Assembly: GCA_965226375.1 (NCBI GenBank)
Contig: CBDDCX010000008.1
Span: 288,001-352,000 of the forward strand
Origin: Longimicrobiales bacterium
Lineage (GTDB): Bacteria; Gemmatimonadota; Gemmatimonadetes; Longimicrobiales; Gaopeijiaceae
DNA: 64,000 bases
Direction: 5' to 3'
The notes beneath the pieces were generated by a model that saw only the letters and a program-made list of their open reading frames with translations, was not told the DNA's origin and did not search any database. Positions 9,406 through 19,289 of the stretch are shown one piece after another. Position numbers and translations under genes: made by a program. The number at the start of each line of letters is the position of its first letter. Position 1 is the stretch's first letter.

Positions 9406-11022
9406 ATGGGGGAGAGATCCATGGGCGCGCGGGTCGCGCTGATCCTCTGCTTGTCTTGGCTCGGGGAGGGTTGCGCCACGCCCGGAGGCCTCGGCTCTCC
9501 ATCCCCGGGTCCCGGGGTCGACGTGGTGGAGCTCACGGCCGAGCAGATCCAGGCCGGTCTCGCGGCCGGTGACTTCACGTCGGTGGACCTCACCCGCGCG
9601 TTCCTCGAGCGCATCGCCTTGTATGAGGATCGATACAACGCGCTTATCTCGATCAATCCCGACGCCCTGGCCATCGCCGACGCCCTGGACAAGGAGTACC
9701 GGGCCACCGGGCCCCGCGGACCGCTCCATGGGGTGCCCGTGGTTATCAAGGACAACCTCGACTACGGCGGGCTCGTTACGACAGCCGGTTTTTCCGGATT
9801 CAGCGCCGCAACGGGTGGGGTAGACATGATTCCCGGGGACGATGCCGCGGTGGTGGAGCGGCTGCGTGCAGCCGGCACGATCGTTCTCGGCAAGACGAAC
9901 ATGCCGGATTTTGCCGGACACGGGACACGCACGAACAGCTCGGCGGCCGGGGTCACCCTGAACCCGTACAACGTGGACAAAGCCCCCGGTGGATCGAGCG
10001 GTGGCACCGCGACCGCCGTCAATGCCAGCTTCGCGGTCCTGGGTCTGGGGACGGAGACCGGCGGCTCGATCCAGAATCCCGCGGCGGCTCAGGCCCTGGT
10101 GGGGGTCAAGCCGACGTTCGGCTTGGTGCCACTCGAAGGTGTCGTGCCCATCAATGCCACCTACATCGATGTCGTCGGGCCACTGGCAAAGACCGTCTAC
10201 GACGCAGCGGTCACGCTCGACGTGCTGGCCGGGCCGACCACAGAGGACCTCGCCACGTACTCAGCCGTCGAGCACATCCCGGAGGAGGGGTACGCGGCGG
10301 CCCTGAGCACCAACGCCTTGGAGGGCAAGCGCTTCGGACTGGTGGGGTCGGGGTGGCGTGAGGAGTTTCTTCCGCTCGCGCCGGAGACCGAGGACATGTA
10401 CCGGCGCGCGATCGACGTCCTGGTAGGCGAAGGCGCCCGGGTGGTGGATGACCCATTTCGGGGCCGTGAGTTCATCGCGCTGTACGGTGAACGCCCCCGG
10501 GTGTCCGTGGGTGCTCACGATATGCTCGTGTACTTGCAGGGGCTTGGTGACGATGCGGCGTTCCACAGTGTTGAAGAGTGGGAGGCGCTGACCGGAGAGG
10601 AGTTCCGGGGCGGGAGGGTGAATCGACCGCCGGTCCGGCCCAGCGCAACGGAGGCGGGGGACGCGTATCAGGCTTGGCGTCAGCAGATTCGGAATCGGTT
10701 CCGTGAGGTGCTCGATGAGTTCGAGCTCGACGGGTTGTTCTTCCCGCAGGCCGGATCCCCCATCCGAGACCTCGTGGAGGACCCCGAGCGCCCGGATTTC
10801 AATCCGAACAACCATCCCGAGCTTCCCAGCAACATCATCAACCAGATCGGCGTGCCGGTCGTGACGGTGCCCTTCGACTACTACGACGACGGAACGCCGT
10901 TTGTCATCGCCTTTATCGGGGACACTTGGACCGAGGCGGAACTGCTGGGCTATGCGTACGACTTCGAGCAGGCTACCAAGGCGCGGATCCCGCCGACATT
11001 GACCACGGACGCGGGGCGCTGA
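9406..11022 (+). CDS. Amidase signature family protein, probable lipoprotein
   Basis: GPLHGVPVVIKDN, GKTNM, GGSSGG and GTETGGSI (Ser-cisSer-Lys triad); AGGAGG RBS before the ATG at 9406. Confidence 0.92.
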   Translation: MGERSMGARVALILCLSWLGEGCATPGGLGSPSPGPGVDVVELTAEQIQAGLAAGDFTSVDLTRAFLERIALYEDRYNALISINPDALAIADALDKEYRATGPRGPLHGVPVVIKDNLDYGGLVTTAGFSGFSAATGGVDMIPGDDAAVVERLRAAGTIVLGKTNMPDFAGHGTRTNSSAAGVTLNPYNVDKAPGGSSGGTATAVNASFAVLGLGTETGGSIQNPAAAQALVGVKPTFGLVPLEGVVPINATYIDVVGPLAKTVYDAAVTLDVLAGPTTEDLATYSAVEHIPEEGYAAALSTNALEGKRFGLVGSGWREEFLPLAPETEDMYRRAIDVLVGEGARVVDDPFRGREFIALYGERPRVSVGAHDMLVYLQGLGDDAAFHSVEEWEALTGEEFRGGRVNRPPVRPSATEAGDAYQAWRQQIRNRFREVLDEFELDGLFFPQAGSPIRDLVEDPERPDFNPNNHPELPSNIINQIGVPVVTVPFDYYDDGTPFVIAFIGDTWTEAELLGYAYDFEQATKARIPPTLTTDAGR

Positions 11023-11189
11023 TTGGCCTGGGTACCCTGCAAGGGGCGTACCGCAGCCGTCGGCAAACTCTTCGCTGTCGACCCCACCTTGTGGTTGCGC
11101 GCGACCCGACCGCATTTTGCTGGGCCATGTTCGATCGGACACCCGCCTGACCAAGTTCTTTGAAGATCTCTACCCATCCAGGAGTGATC

Positions 11190-12608
11190 ATGCGCCAGCG
11201 CATACTGCCGGTTGTCTACACGCTCACCTTGGCGGCCGCGGCCGTCGGCCTCATGGCGTCCAGTGCGCCGGCGCAGGTGACGTGCTTTGGCGACCCGACC
11301 TGCATCCAGCCGGAGACGGGGTATCCCGTGGGCCGGCCGGGCACGCCGAACATCGAGGTCGTATCACACCAGCCCTTGCCTGGCGTGATTTTCAGCCACG
11401 CCGACATCGAGATCGAGCAGGAGATGGATCGGCCGTTCGCCTACATCGCCCAGCGCTTCGGGGCGTCGGGCTTTTATGCCATCAGCCTCGAAGATGAGGC
11501 GAATCCAGAGGTTCTTTACCGCTACATCGTCGACGACCCGGACCTCCACCTCGGCACCGGATGTGTGGACATCAAATATGCTAAGGCCGAGGGCCGCTAC
11601 TACGTGATCGTCTCCTGCCAGTTCGGACAGGGTGGGCCGGACTTCGATCTGGGCGCGATGATCTTCGACGTGACCGGACTACCCGATGCCTCGACCGTGC
11701 GCAAGGTCGCGGAGCTCAGGCTTCCGGACCTGCCGGGGGGCTTCCACAACGTCTACACGTACAGGCATTCCAACGGGCGGTCCCTGCTGTTGGCGACCAC
11801 GCAGTCCAAGGACGCGTTCATCTACGACATCGCCCAGCTCGCGGCCGGGAACCTGGATCCGGTCTCGGCCATCTCCGTTCCTCAGCCCTCCGAGTCGCGT
11901 AGCCGCCAGTGGCACGACATGTACGTAGGGTTCCTTCCCGATGCCGGGCAGGACCGCTTCTACGGGGCAGGTACCGGGGGCTTCCATGTCTTCGACCTGA
12001 CGGACGTGGAAAATCCCCGGCTTCTGACCTCCGTCACGGGCGTCCCCGGGGTCGAGAACGGACATACCTTCACCCCCACGCCGGACGGGCGGTACGGACT
12101 CGGCATGCCCGAGCCCACCTACCAGCACTCTCCGGTCCGGTTCTTCGACCTACGACCGGAGGGCTCCGAGGGGCAGACTCCGAACATCGTGAGAGGGTCC
12201 GGCGTCGGAGCCTGGATCGCCAAGTTCGGAGGCTCGACCCACAACCATGAGATACGTTGGCCCTACGTGTTCATCTCGGCACAGGACGACGGACTGCAGA
12301 TCGTGAACATGGCCGATCCCACGCACCCCTACACGGTCGGTTACTACAACACACGTATCGGTCCCATGCTCTACGGGGACGGTCAGCGCCCGAGCCAGGC
12401 CACCACCGGCAACATCTACGACGGTGCCTGGGGCATCGATATTCGGGACGCGGACGGACTCATCGTGGTGAGCGACTTCAACACGGGGTTCTGGGCGTTC
12501 AGGCTGGACGGCTTCCAGGGCTGGAACGGCAACGACTGGAACATGCCCAACATTTCGAGCGCGCAGAACTGGGATCAGAGCCCGGATCAGCCGCAAGCGA
12601 TCAGGTAG
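11190..12608 (+). CDS. Secreted LVIVD-repeat-like beta-propeller protein (paralog 1)
   Basis: Signal peptide; repeated blades (GFHVFDLTDVENP, GLQIVNMADPTHP); GAWGIDI..DGLIVVSD ending. Confidence 0.75.
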   Translation: MRQRILPVVYTLTLAAAAVGLMASSAPAQVTCFGDPTCIQPETGYPVGRPGTPNIEVVSHQPLPGVIFSHADIEIEQEMDRPFAYIAQRFGASGFYAISLEDEANPEVLYRYIVDDPDLHLGTGCVDIKYAKAEGRYYVIVSCQFGQGGPDFDLGAMIFDVTGLPDASTVRKVAELRLPDLPGGFHNVYTYRHSNGRSLLLATTQSKDAFIYDIAQLAAGNLDPVSAISVPQPSESRSRQWHDMYVGFLPDAGQDRFYGAGTGGFHVFDLTDVENPRLLTSVTGVPGVENGHTFTPTPDGRYGLGMPEPTYQHSPVRFFDLRPEGSEGQTPNIVRGSGVGAWIAKFGGSTHNHEIRWPYVFISAQDDGLQIVNMADPTHPYTVGYYNTRIGPMLYGDGQRPSQATTGNIYDGAWGIDIRDADGLIVVSDFNTGFWAFRLDGFQGWNGNDWNMPNISSAQNWDQSPDQPQAIR

Positions 12609-12616
12609 GGGGGATC

Positions 12617-14095
12617 ATGCACAAGCCAATTCTGTGGCCCCAGCCAATCTTGTCAGTCCGACCCTTTCTGTCGGTCCGGCCAAACCTGGCGGCTTTATTC
12701 GGACTTACCCTGGCCGCTCTGACGGTCGGCCTGACCTCTTCCTCCGCCTCGGCCCAGGTCATGTGCTTCGGCGATCCGACGTGTGTACAGCCCGAGACGG
12801 GCTATGCGGTCGGCCAGCCCGGTACACCCAACATCGAGGTCGTCTCACACGTGCCTCTGCCCGGGCAGCGCTTCAGCCACGCCGACATCGAGATCGAGCA
12901 GGAGATGGACCGACCCTTTGCGTACATCGCGCAGCGTCACGGCGCCTCGGGCTTCTATGCGATCAGCCTCGAGGACCCGGAGCATCCCAGGGTACTGTAC
13001 CGGTACATCGTCGACGACCCCGATCTCCACCTCGGTAGCGGATGCGTGGACATCAAGTATGCCAAGGCCGCCGGCCGGTACTACGTGATCGTGTCCTGCG
13101 AGTTCAGCCAGGCGGGGCCGGACAGCGACCTGGGTGCGATGGTCTTCGATGTGACGGGGCTGCCCGACGGATCGACCGTGCGCAAGGTTGCGGATCTACG
13201 AAATCCTCTCATGCCGGGAGGCTTCCACAACATCTTCACGTACCGGCACTCCAATGGCCGGTCGCTGTTGGTTGCGACCACCAAGGAGGAGGACGCGTGG
13301 GTATACGATCTCGAGCAGGTCGCCGCCGGTATCACCGAGCCCGTCTCGGCGATCTCCGTCCCCAATCCGACCGCGACCAACTACCAGACGTGGCACGACA
13401 TGTACCTCGGTTTCCTGCCCGATGCCGGTCAGGATCGCTTCTACGGGGCCGGAGGCGGGGGTTTCCACGTCTACGACGTCACGGACCTCGAAAATCCGAG
13501 GCTCATTACGTCCGTCACGGGCATTCCGGGCGTCTCGGACGGCCACACCTTCACGCCGACGCCCGACGGGCGTTATGCGATCGGCATGCCCGTTCCGACC
13601 TACCAGCACTCGCCGATCCGCTTCTTCGACCTGCGACCCGAAGGGTCGGAGGGCCAGACTCCTAACATCGTGAGAGGCTCCGGGGTCGGAGCCTGGATCG
13701 CGAAGTTCGGAGGGGCGACTCACAACCACGAGATCCGCTGGCCGTACGTCTTCGTCTCGGCGCAGGATGACGGGCTCCAGATCATCAACATGGCAGATCC
13801 CTCGCGGCCCTTCACGGTCGGCTACTACCACACACGGGGGACCCCGGCGCTCTTCGCGGGAGAGGGTGCCTTGAACGCGGGTACCGCAACCACCGGCAAC
13901 ATCTACAATGGCGCCTGGGGCGTGGACATCCGGAATGCGGATGGCCTCATCGTGGTGAGCGACTTCAACACCGGTTTCTGGGCGTTCCGGCTGGAGGGTT
14001 TCCAGGGCTGGAATGGCAACGACTGGAACATGCCGAACATCTCGAGCGCGCAAAACTGGGATCAGAGTCCGGATCAGCCGCAGCAGATCCGGTAG
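12617..14095 (+). CDS. Secreted LVIVD-repeat-like beta-propeller protein (paralog 2, tandem duplicate)
   Basis: Colinear and highly similar to 11190..12608 along its whole length. Confidence 0.75.
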   Translation: MHKPILWPQPILSVRPFLSVRPNLAALFGLTLAALTVGLTSSSASAQVMCFGDPTCVQPETGYAVGQPGTPNIEVVSHVPLPGQRFSHADIEIEQEMDRPFAYIAQRHGASGFYAISLEDPEHPRVLYRYIVDDPDLHLGSGCVDIKYAKAAGRYYVIVSCEFSQAGPDSDLGAMVFDVTGLPDGSTVRKVADLRNPLMPGGFHNIFTYRHSNGRSLLVATTKEEDAWVYDLEQVAAGITEPVSAISVPNPTATNYQTWHDMYLGFLPDAGQDRFYGAGGGGFHVYDVTDLENPRLITSVTGIPGVSDGHTFTPTPDGRYAIGMPVPTYQHSPIRFFDLRPEGSEGQTPNIVRGSGVGAWIAKFGGATHNHEIRWPYVFVSAQDDGLQIINMADPSRPFTVGYYHTRGTPALFAGEGALNAGTATTGNIYNGAWGVDIRNADGLIVVSDFNTGFWAFRLEGFQGWNGNDWNMPNISSAQNWDQSPDQPQQIR

Positions 14096-14135
14096 GGGAG
14101 ACCGACCAGGAAGCATCGACCAGGAGGGATCGACT

Positions 14136-15836
14136 ATGACGACACTCGCTGATCGGCTGCGGCGCAGGTCTGCGTCGGGGTGCACCTGGATCCTCGTCCC
14201 GGCGGCGGTCTTGGCCCTCTCGGCGTGCGATGCGTCGGCACCCCCACCGGACACCATCTTCACCGGCCGATTCATCACCCTCGACGACGCCCAGCCCGAA
14301 GTCGATGCGCTGGCCGTTGCCGACGGACGGATCGTGGCGGCAGGCTCGCGGGCGGACATCGAGGCGCTTGCCGGAGAAAACACACAGACCGTGGCGATCG
14401 GCGGTGTGGCCGTTCCCGGCTTCGCCGACTCTCACGTCCACGTGTCGGGTGTGGGCAGGCTTCTGGAGCGGCTCAACGTCCGGGCCATGACCAAGGAGCA
14501 GATCGTCGAGTTGGTGGCCGAAGCGGTCGGCTCGACTCCACCGGGTCAGTGGATCTTCGGGCGCGGGTGGGACGAGGGGTTCTTCCGGCCGGCCGTATTC
14601 CCCACGGCGAGGGACCTGGATGCCGTGAGTCCGAACAACCCGGTGATGCTCACCCGGATCGACGGTCACGCGAGCTGGGTCAACTCTCAGGTGCTGGGGC
14701 TGTCGGATATCACAGTAGCCACCGTGGATCCCGAAGGAGGGCGGGTCGTGCGAGACGCGTCGAATCGGCCCACCGGGATTCTGGTGGACAACGCCCAGAG
14801 CCTGATGGATCGTGTCACGCCCAACAGCGACTCGCCTGACGCGGCCGAGCAGCGCATCCGTACGGCCATGGAGCAGTACACCCGGTGGGGTCTCACCAGC
14901 ATCCACGACGCGGGTGCGGGCTTGGAGGCGATCGCGATCTACAAGAAGCTTCTCGCGGCGGGTGAGCTTCCGGTGCGGGTGTATGCCATGGCACGCGGTG
15001 ATGCGGCGGTAGAGGAGTATCTGGTGCGGGGGCCGGAGGTGCTGGGCGACGGCAAGCTCGTGGTCCGGGGGTTCAAGGTGATTCTCGACGGAGCGCTGGG
15101 GTCTCGGGGGGCCGAACTCGATGAGCCCTACTCGGACGCGCCGGAGGAGATCGGTCTCGAGCAGATGAGCGATGAGGCTCTCGACGACCTGATCCGAAGG
15201 GCCCGGGAGGCCGGCTTTCAGGTGAACCCCCATGTCATCGGTGATCGAGCGGTCCGGCGGGCCCTCGACGCGTTCGAGCGCGCGGGCGTCGAGCCCGGTG
15301 AGCGCCACCGGCTGGAGCACGCCTCGATCATCGCGCCCGACGATCTGCCTCGCCTGGCACAGATGGGTATTGTGGCCTCGATGCAACCGGTGTTCGTCGG
15401 GGAGTACGGGCGCTGGGCCGAGGACCGTCTAGGGTCGACACGTGTGCTCTGGGTGCTTCCTATCAAGGACCTTCTGGCCACCGGTGCGGTCTTGGCCTCG
15501 GGGACCGACTTTCCAGCCTCGGACTCGGGGGATCCCCGTGCGACGCTTGCCGGGCTGGTGGCGCGGCAGAGCTCCGAGGGAGTCCCGGAGGAGGGATGGT
15601 ACCCGGATCAGGCGGTCGACGTGGAGACCGCCCTCTGGTCGATGAGCGCCGGGCCGGCGTACGCCACGTTCCAGGAGGATGACCTGGGGCAGCTTACGGT
15701 GGGGCGTTTCGCCGACTTCACGGTCCTGTCGGACGATCCGCGGAGCGTCGCGTCGGGAGCGCTGCTCGACCTGACGGTTCGTATGACTGTTCTGGGCGGC
15801 GACGTAACGTTCGACCTCGATGCCGAGGGCCGCTGA
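14136..15836 (+). CDS. Amidohydrolase 3 / YtcJ-like metal-dependent hydrolase, lipoprotein
   Basis: PGFADSHVH, DGHASWVNS, DGALGSRGA, HVIGD, RLEHA and SGTDFP motifs; lipobox LSAC. Confidence 0.9.
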   Translation: MTTLADRLRRRSASGCTWILVPAAVLALSACDASAPPPDTIFTGRFITLDDAQPEVDALAVADGRIVAAGSRADIEALAGENTQTVAIGGVAVPGFADSHVHVSGVGRLLERLNVRAMTKEQIVELVAEAVGSTPPGQWIFGRGWDEGFFRPAVFPTARDLDAVSPNNPVMLTRIDGHASWVNSQVLGLSDITVATVDPEGGRVVRDASNRPTGILVDNAQSLMDRVTPNSDSPDAAEQRIRTAMEQYTRWGLTSIHDAGAGLEAIAIYKKLLAAGELPVRVYAMARGDAAVEEYLVRGPEVLGDGKLVVRGFKVILDGALGSRGAELDEPYSDAPEEIGLEQMSDEALDDLIRRAREAGFQVNPHVIGDRAVRRALDAFERAGVEPGERHRLEHASIIAPDDLPRLAQMGIVASMQPVFVGEYGRWAEDRLGSTRVLWVLPIKDLLATGAVLASGTDFPASDSGDPRATLAGLVARQSSEGVPEEGWYPDQAVDVETALWSMSAGPAYATFQEDDLGQLTVGRFADFTVLSDDPRSVASGALLDLTVRMTVLGGDVTFDLDAEGR

Positions 15837-16092
15837 CGATCCGATCCGCTAGCGCTGATCTGCGATGAAGGCCAGGCGGCGGTTGATCTCGTCCACGACC
15901 CGCTGCGTCAGCCATCTCTTGGGGACAATGGACGGGACTCCCTCTTGGGTCTCGGATCGTCGAGCGGTCGTCATTCAGGACGTCGGCTGCGGGTAGGCAC
16001 GTCGAGCTTCACGGGGGGGTTGGCTATTGGACTCTAGGGACATGGACCGCCAAGCCACTTGTTCAAGTTCGGGCTCTCCCTGAGGTTGCGGC

Positions 16093-17328
16093 ATGCGTAT
16101 TGGTGGTTTCGCCGCAGTTTCCCTCGGCCTGTGCATCCTCAGCCTTCCCGGTGTGGACGAGCTGTGTGCCCTGCAGATCACAGAGGGCCAGATGCCGACG
16201 GCGGAGAACGACTCGCTCCCTCCACTCGTGGGCCACGGGCCCGGCGGCTTCTTCATACGGTCTCCGGACGATCGGTGGCGGGTGGCCTTCCAGTTCCGGC
16301 TCCAGTTCCGCCTGTCGCACCCCTGGAATTCGGATCCGGTAACCCGAGACGACTACCTGAGTGAGGCCGAGACCAGTCTGTCGGTGAATCGGGCCAGGCT
16401 GAAGGTGGGAGGACACGGGTACCGACCCTGGCTCAACTACTACTTCGAGTATGAGCTGGCTTCTTCGAAGTTGCTGAACTTCGAAGTGACCCTGGAGAAG
16501 TACGAGCAAGTCCGACTGCGCGTCGGGCAGTGGAAGGCACAGTACAGCCGGGAGCGGATCATCTCATCGGGCAGGCAGCAGTTGGTGGACCGCTCCCTGA
16601 TCAACCGCTACTTCACGCTGGATCGTCAGCAGGGGATGTCGCTTTGGGGCCGCTTGGGGGCCGGGAGCGCGGCCGACTTCAGTTATTGGCTGTCGGCCTT
16701 CAATGGCATGGGGCGAGGTGCGGATGCCAACGACGACGGCCATCTCATGTACATGGGACGGGTTCAATGGAACGCCCTCGGGCGGGTGGTCCCGTTCGCG
16801 GGGTCTGATCTGGCCACGACTCAGCGACCTGCATTCGCGCTGGCCCTGGGCGGTGCCACCAATCGTAGCTCCTGCACACGGTTTTCAACGGCCGGATGTG
16901 GCAGTTTGGGGGGATTCGAGGACGGAGCGCCCGGGCAGTTTCGGGTGAACCAGGCCATCGGCGAATCGGCATTTCTGTGGCGGGGACTGTCGTGGGCCCA
17001 CGAATCGCACTGGAAAAGGATCGATGATCTAGGGGATGGGTCCCAGACCACCATGGCGGGCCACTACGCCCAGCTCGGCTACTTCTTTGGAGAGATGTGG
17101 GAATGGGTACCACCGTCGCTCGAAGTGGCGTTTCGATATGCTGTGTTCCGCCCGGACGTAGACGAGTCCAAAAACCGGCATGATGAGTTCACAACTGCTG
17201 TGAACTGGTTCTTTCAGGGCCACAACAACAAGCTTACCGCCGACCTTTCCTGGCTGAGGCTTCAGGACAATGTGACCAGTCAGGAGGACGGCGTGCGATT
17301 CCGCCTACAGTGGGACATTCAGTTCTGA
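16093..17328 (+). CDS. Phosphate-selective porin O/P family protein
   Basis: RARLKVGG, GQWKAQYSRE and VNWFFQGHNNKL motifs; C-terminal Phe. Confidence 0.85.
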   Translation: MRIGGFAAVSLGLCILSLPGVDELCALQITEGQMPTAENDSLPPLVGHGPGGFFIRSPDDRWRVAFQFRLQFRLSHPWNSDPVTRDDYLSEAETSLSVNRARLKVGGHGYRPWLNYYFEYELASSKLLNFEVTLEKYEQVRLRVGQWKAQYSRERIISSGRQQLVDRSLINRYFTLDRQQGMSLWGRLGAGSAADFSYWLSAFNGMGRGADANDDGHLMYMGRVQWNALGRVVPFAGSDLATTQRPAFALALGGATNRSSCTRFSTAGCGSLGGFEDGAPGQFRVNQAIGESAFLWRGLSWAHESHWKRIDDLGDGSQTTMAGHYAQLGYFFGEMWEWVPPSLEVAFRYAVFRPDVDESKNRHDEFTTAVNWFFQGHNNKLTADLSWLRLQDNVTSQEDGVRFRLQWDIQF

Positions 17329-17499
17329 CGGTCAGTTTGCCCGTCGGGTCGTTTTTCGGGTGCACAAGCTTTTCTGAAGATCAGCATTGGCGGAGAGCGG
17401 TCGGAGATGCCCCCCGCCAAGAATCCTCCTATACTGATCGTCCCGTCGCTCTGGAGTCGAAGTGCTTCCGGTCTCAGGCCGAACCAAGCGAGGTGCACC

Positions 17500-18819
17500 A
17501 TGATCAAGCGAACTTCACCACTGTCCGCCGCTGCCCTCCTGGGCGCGGTAGCTCTTCTACCGGCGGCTCCCGCCATGGCACAGGAAGACGCCGAGAAGCG
17601 GGGGAGCGATAACATCGAGGTCGTGGCGCATATCCCGCTCGGCCCGAGAGTGTCCGACATCGAGATCGAGCAGGACATGGATCGCCCATACGCCTACGTG
17701 GCGCGGCAGGATGGCGGACTGGACATCATCGACCTGCACGATCCGTACGACGCCAAGGTCATCCACCGCTGGCGTATCGAGGACCAAGACCTCCACATCG
17801 GGTCTGCCGGAAAGGACATCAAGATCTTCAGCTGGCAGGGCCGACACTATGTGGTCCACTCCGTCCAGTTCCGGCAGGGGGGACCGGACGCGGATCTCGG
17901 TGCCATCGTCTTCGACGCTACGGGGCTTCCCGACGTCTCGACCTGGAAGGAAGTGGGCCGCATTCAAGGTCCCGGTGAGTTCGGCGGATTCCACAACATC
18001 TACGTGTACAACCACAGCAACGGCCGCCCGCTCCTGATCTCGACGGTCGCGGGTCCATTCGCCAACGTCTACGATCTGGGTTATGTCGTGGAAGGTCGGC
18101 TCGACGATGCGCTCGTGGCGCAGATCCCCGTACCTCAACCTGAGAATGTTCCGCCGGGTAGATCGGGATACCACGACTTCTATGCGGGTTACCACGCCGA
18201 CAGCGAGACGGACCGCTTCTACGGTGGTGGCACGGGCGGGTACTACGTCTACAACATCACCGATCTCGAGAATCCGGAGCTGATGGTGAGCCTGACCGGA
18301 ATCAACGGGGTCGGGCGAGGCCACACGTTCACTCCGTCTCCCGATGGCCGCTACGTGGTGGCCGAGGTCGAATACCAGTACGCTCCGCTTCGGATCTTCG
18401 ACCTGAAGCCCGGCCTGGACGGCGAGGTCGCGAACATCAATCGGCCCATCTCGGCCTGGACGGCCAACTGGGAGCACCTGTCGCACAATCATGAGGTGCG
18501 CTGGCCCTTCGTGTTCGTGTCCGCTTATCTGGACGGGATGCAGGTGTTTACACTTTCCGATCCGAAAAACCCGAAGACGATCGCTCACTATGACACCTAT
18601 CTCGAGCCCGATGAGAACCGGGGGATGGGCGGGAACTGGGGTGTGGACGTGAGGAACGCCGACGGCCTCATCGTGTCGTCGGACTCACAGACGGGCTTCT
18701 GGGCCTTTTACATGGAGGGCTTCAACGGCTGGAATGGTCTGGACTGGGGTCAGCCCAATATCTCGAGTGCGCAGGACTGGGAGAATGGGCCGGCCGCACA
18801 GGCGGCGACTCGGAATTAG
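17500..18819 (+). CDS. Secreted LVIVD-repeat-like beta-propeller protein (paralog 3, divergent)
   Basis: Shares DIEIEQ.MDRPYAY, GGFHN, HD, GHTFTP, HNHE.RWP and PNISSAQ.W with paralogs 1 and 2. Confidence 0.75.
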   Translation: MIKRTSPLSAAALLGAVALLPAAPAMAQEDAEKRGSDNIEVVAHIPLGPRVSDIEIEQDMDRPYAYVARQDGGLDIIDLHDPYDAKVIHRWRIEDQDLHIGSAGKDIKIFSWQGRHYVVHSVQFRQGGPDADLGAIVFDATGLPDVSTWKEVGRIQGPGEFGGFHNIYVYNHSNGRPLLISTVAGPFANVYDLGYVVEGRLDDALVAQIPVPQPENVPPGRSGYHDFYAGYHADSETDRFYGGGTGGYYVYNITDLENPELMVSLTGINGVGRGHTFTPSPDGRYVVAEVEYQYAPLRIFDLKPGLDGEVANINRPISAWTANWEHLSHNHEVRWPFVFVSAYLDGMQVFTLSDPKNPKTIAHYDTYLEPDENRGMGGNWGVDVRNADGLIVSSDSQTGFWAFYMEGFNGWNGLDWGQPNISSAQDWENGPAAQAATRN

Positions 18820-19289
18820 ACGCGAGAACCAGGGCATCCATGGACCGTCTGAAGAACGGTCTCGCCCGGTTCACCGGTTTCGCACGGGCAGCACCCGTGG
18901 CCATCGCGATGGAGATGGTCGCGGTGCCCGTGCCGCTCTCGGCCACCTGGTCCGCTTTTCATCGTTCATCCCAATCGGAGTTTCCATGACACCGCACCGA
19001 CGAGACGTCCGCTCTACTCGGATCGGCATACTCCTGGCAGTCGCCGCGCTGGTTGCCCGCATGTGGTAGCTGCGGATCAATACCAGGCTGATTTCTTCCG
19101 TGTCTTCGCACAGCAAGATGGCGACTTGCAAGCGTTCGACAACGAGATATCTCGAGACACCGAAATGACCTTTTGCCGATAACAGCGGTTATCATGCATC
19201 TCGAGGTCGAAGACGGGCTGAAACGCGATATCGGCCAGGATGTCAGCTGAAGCCTGTGACCGACGCCCTCCGCGGATGATCGGAGGCTG

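Noticed and set aside
12257..12616. Extended start or fusion of propeller paralog 2
   Set aside because: Alternative-frame overlap with paralog 1; an ATG with RBS-like sequence lies at 12617.
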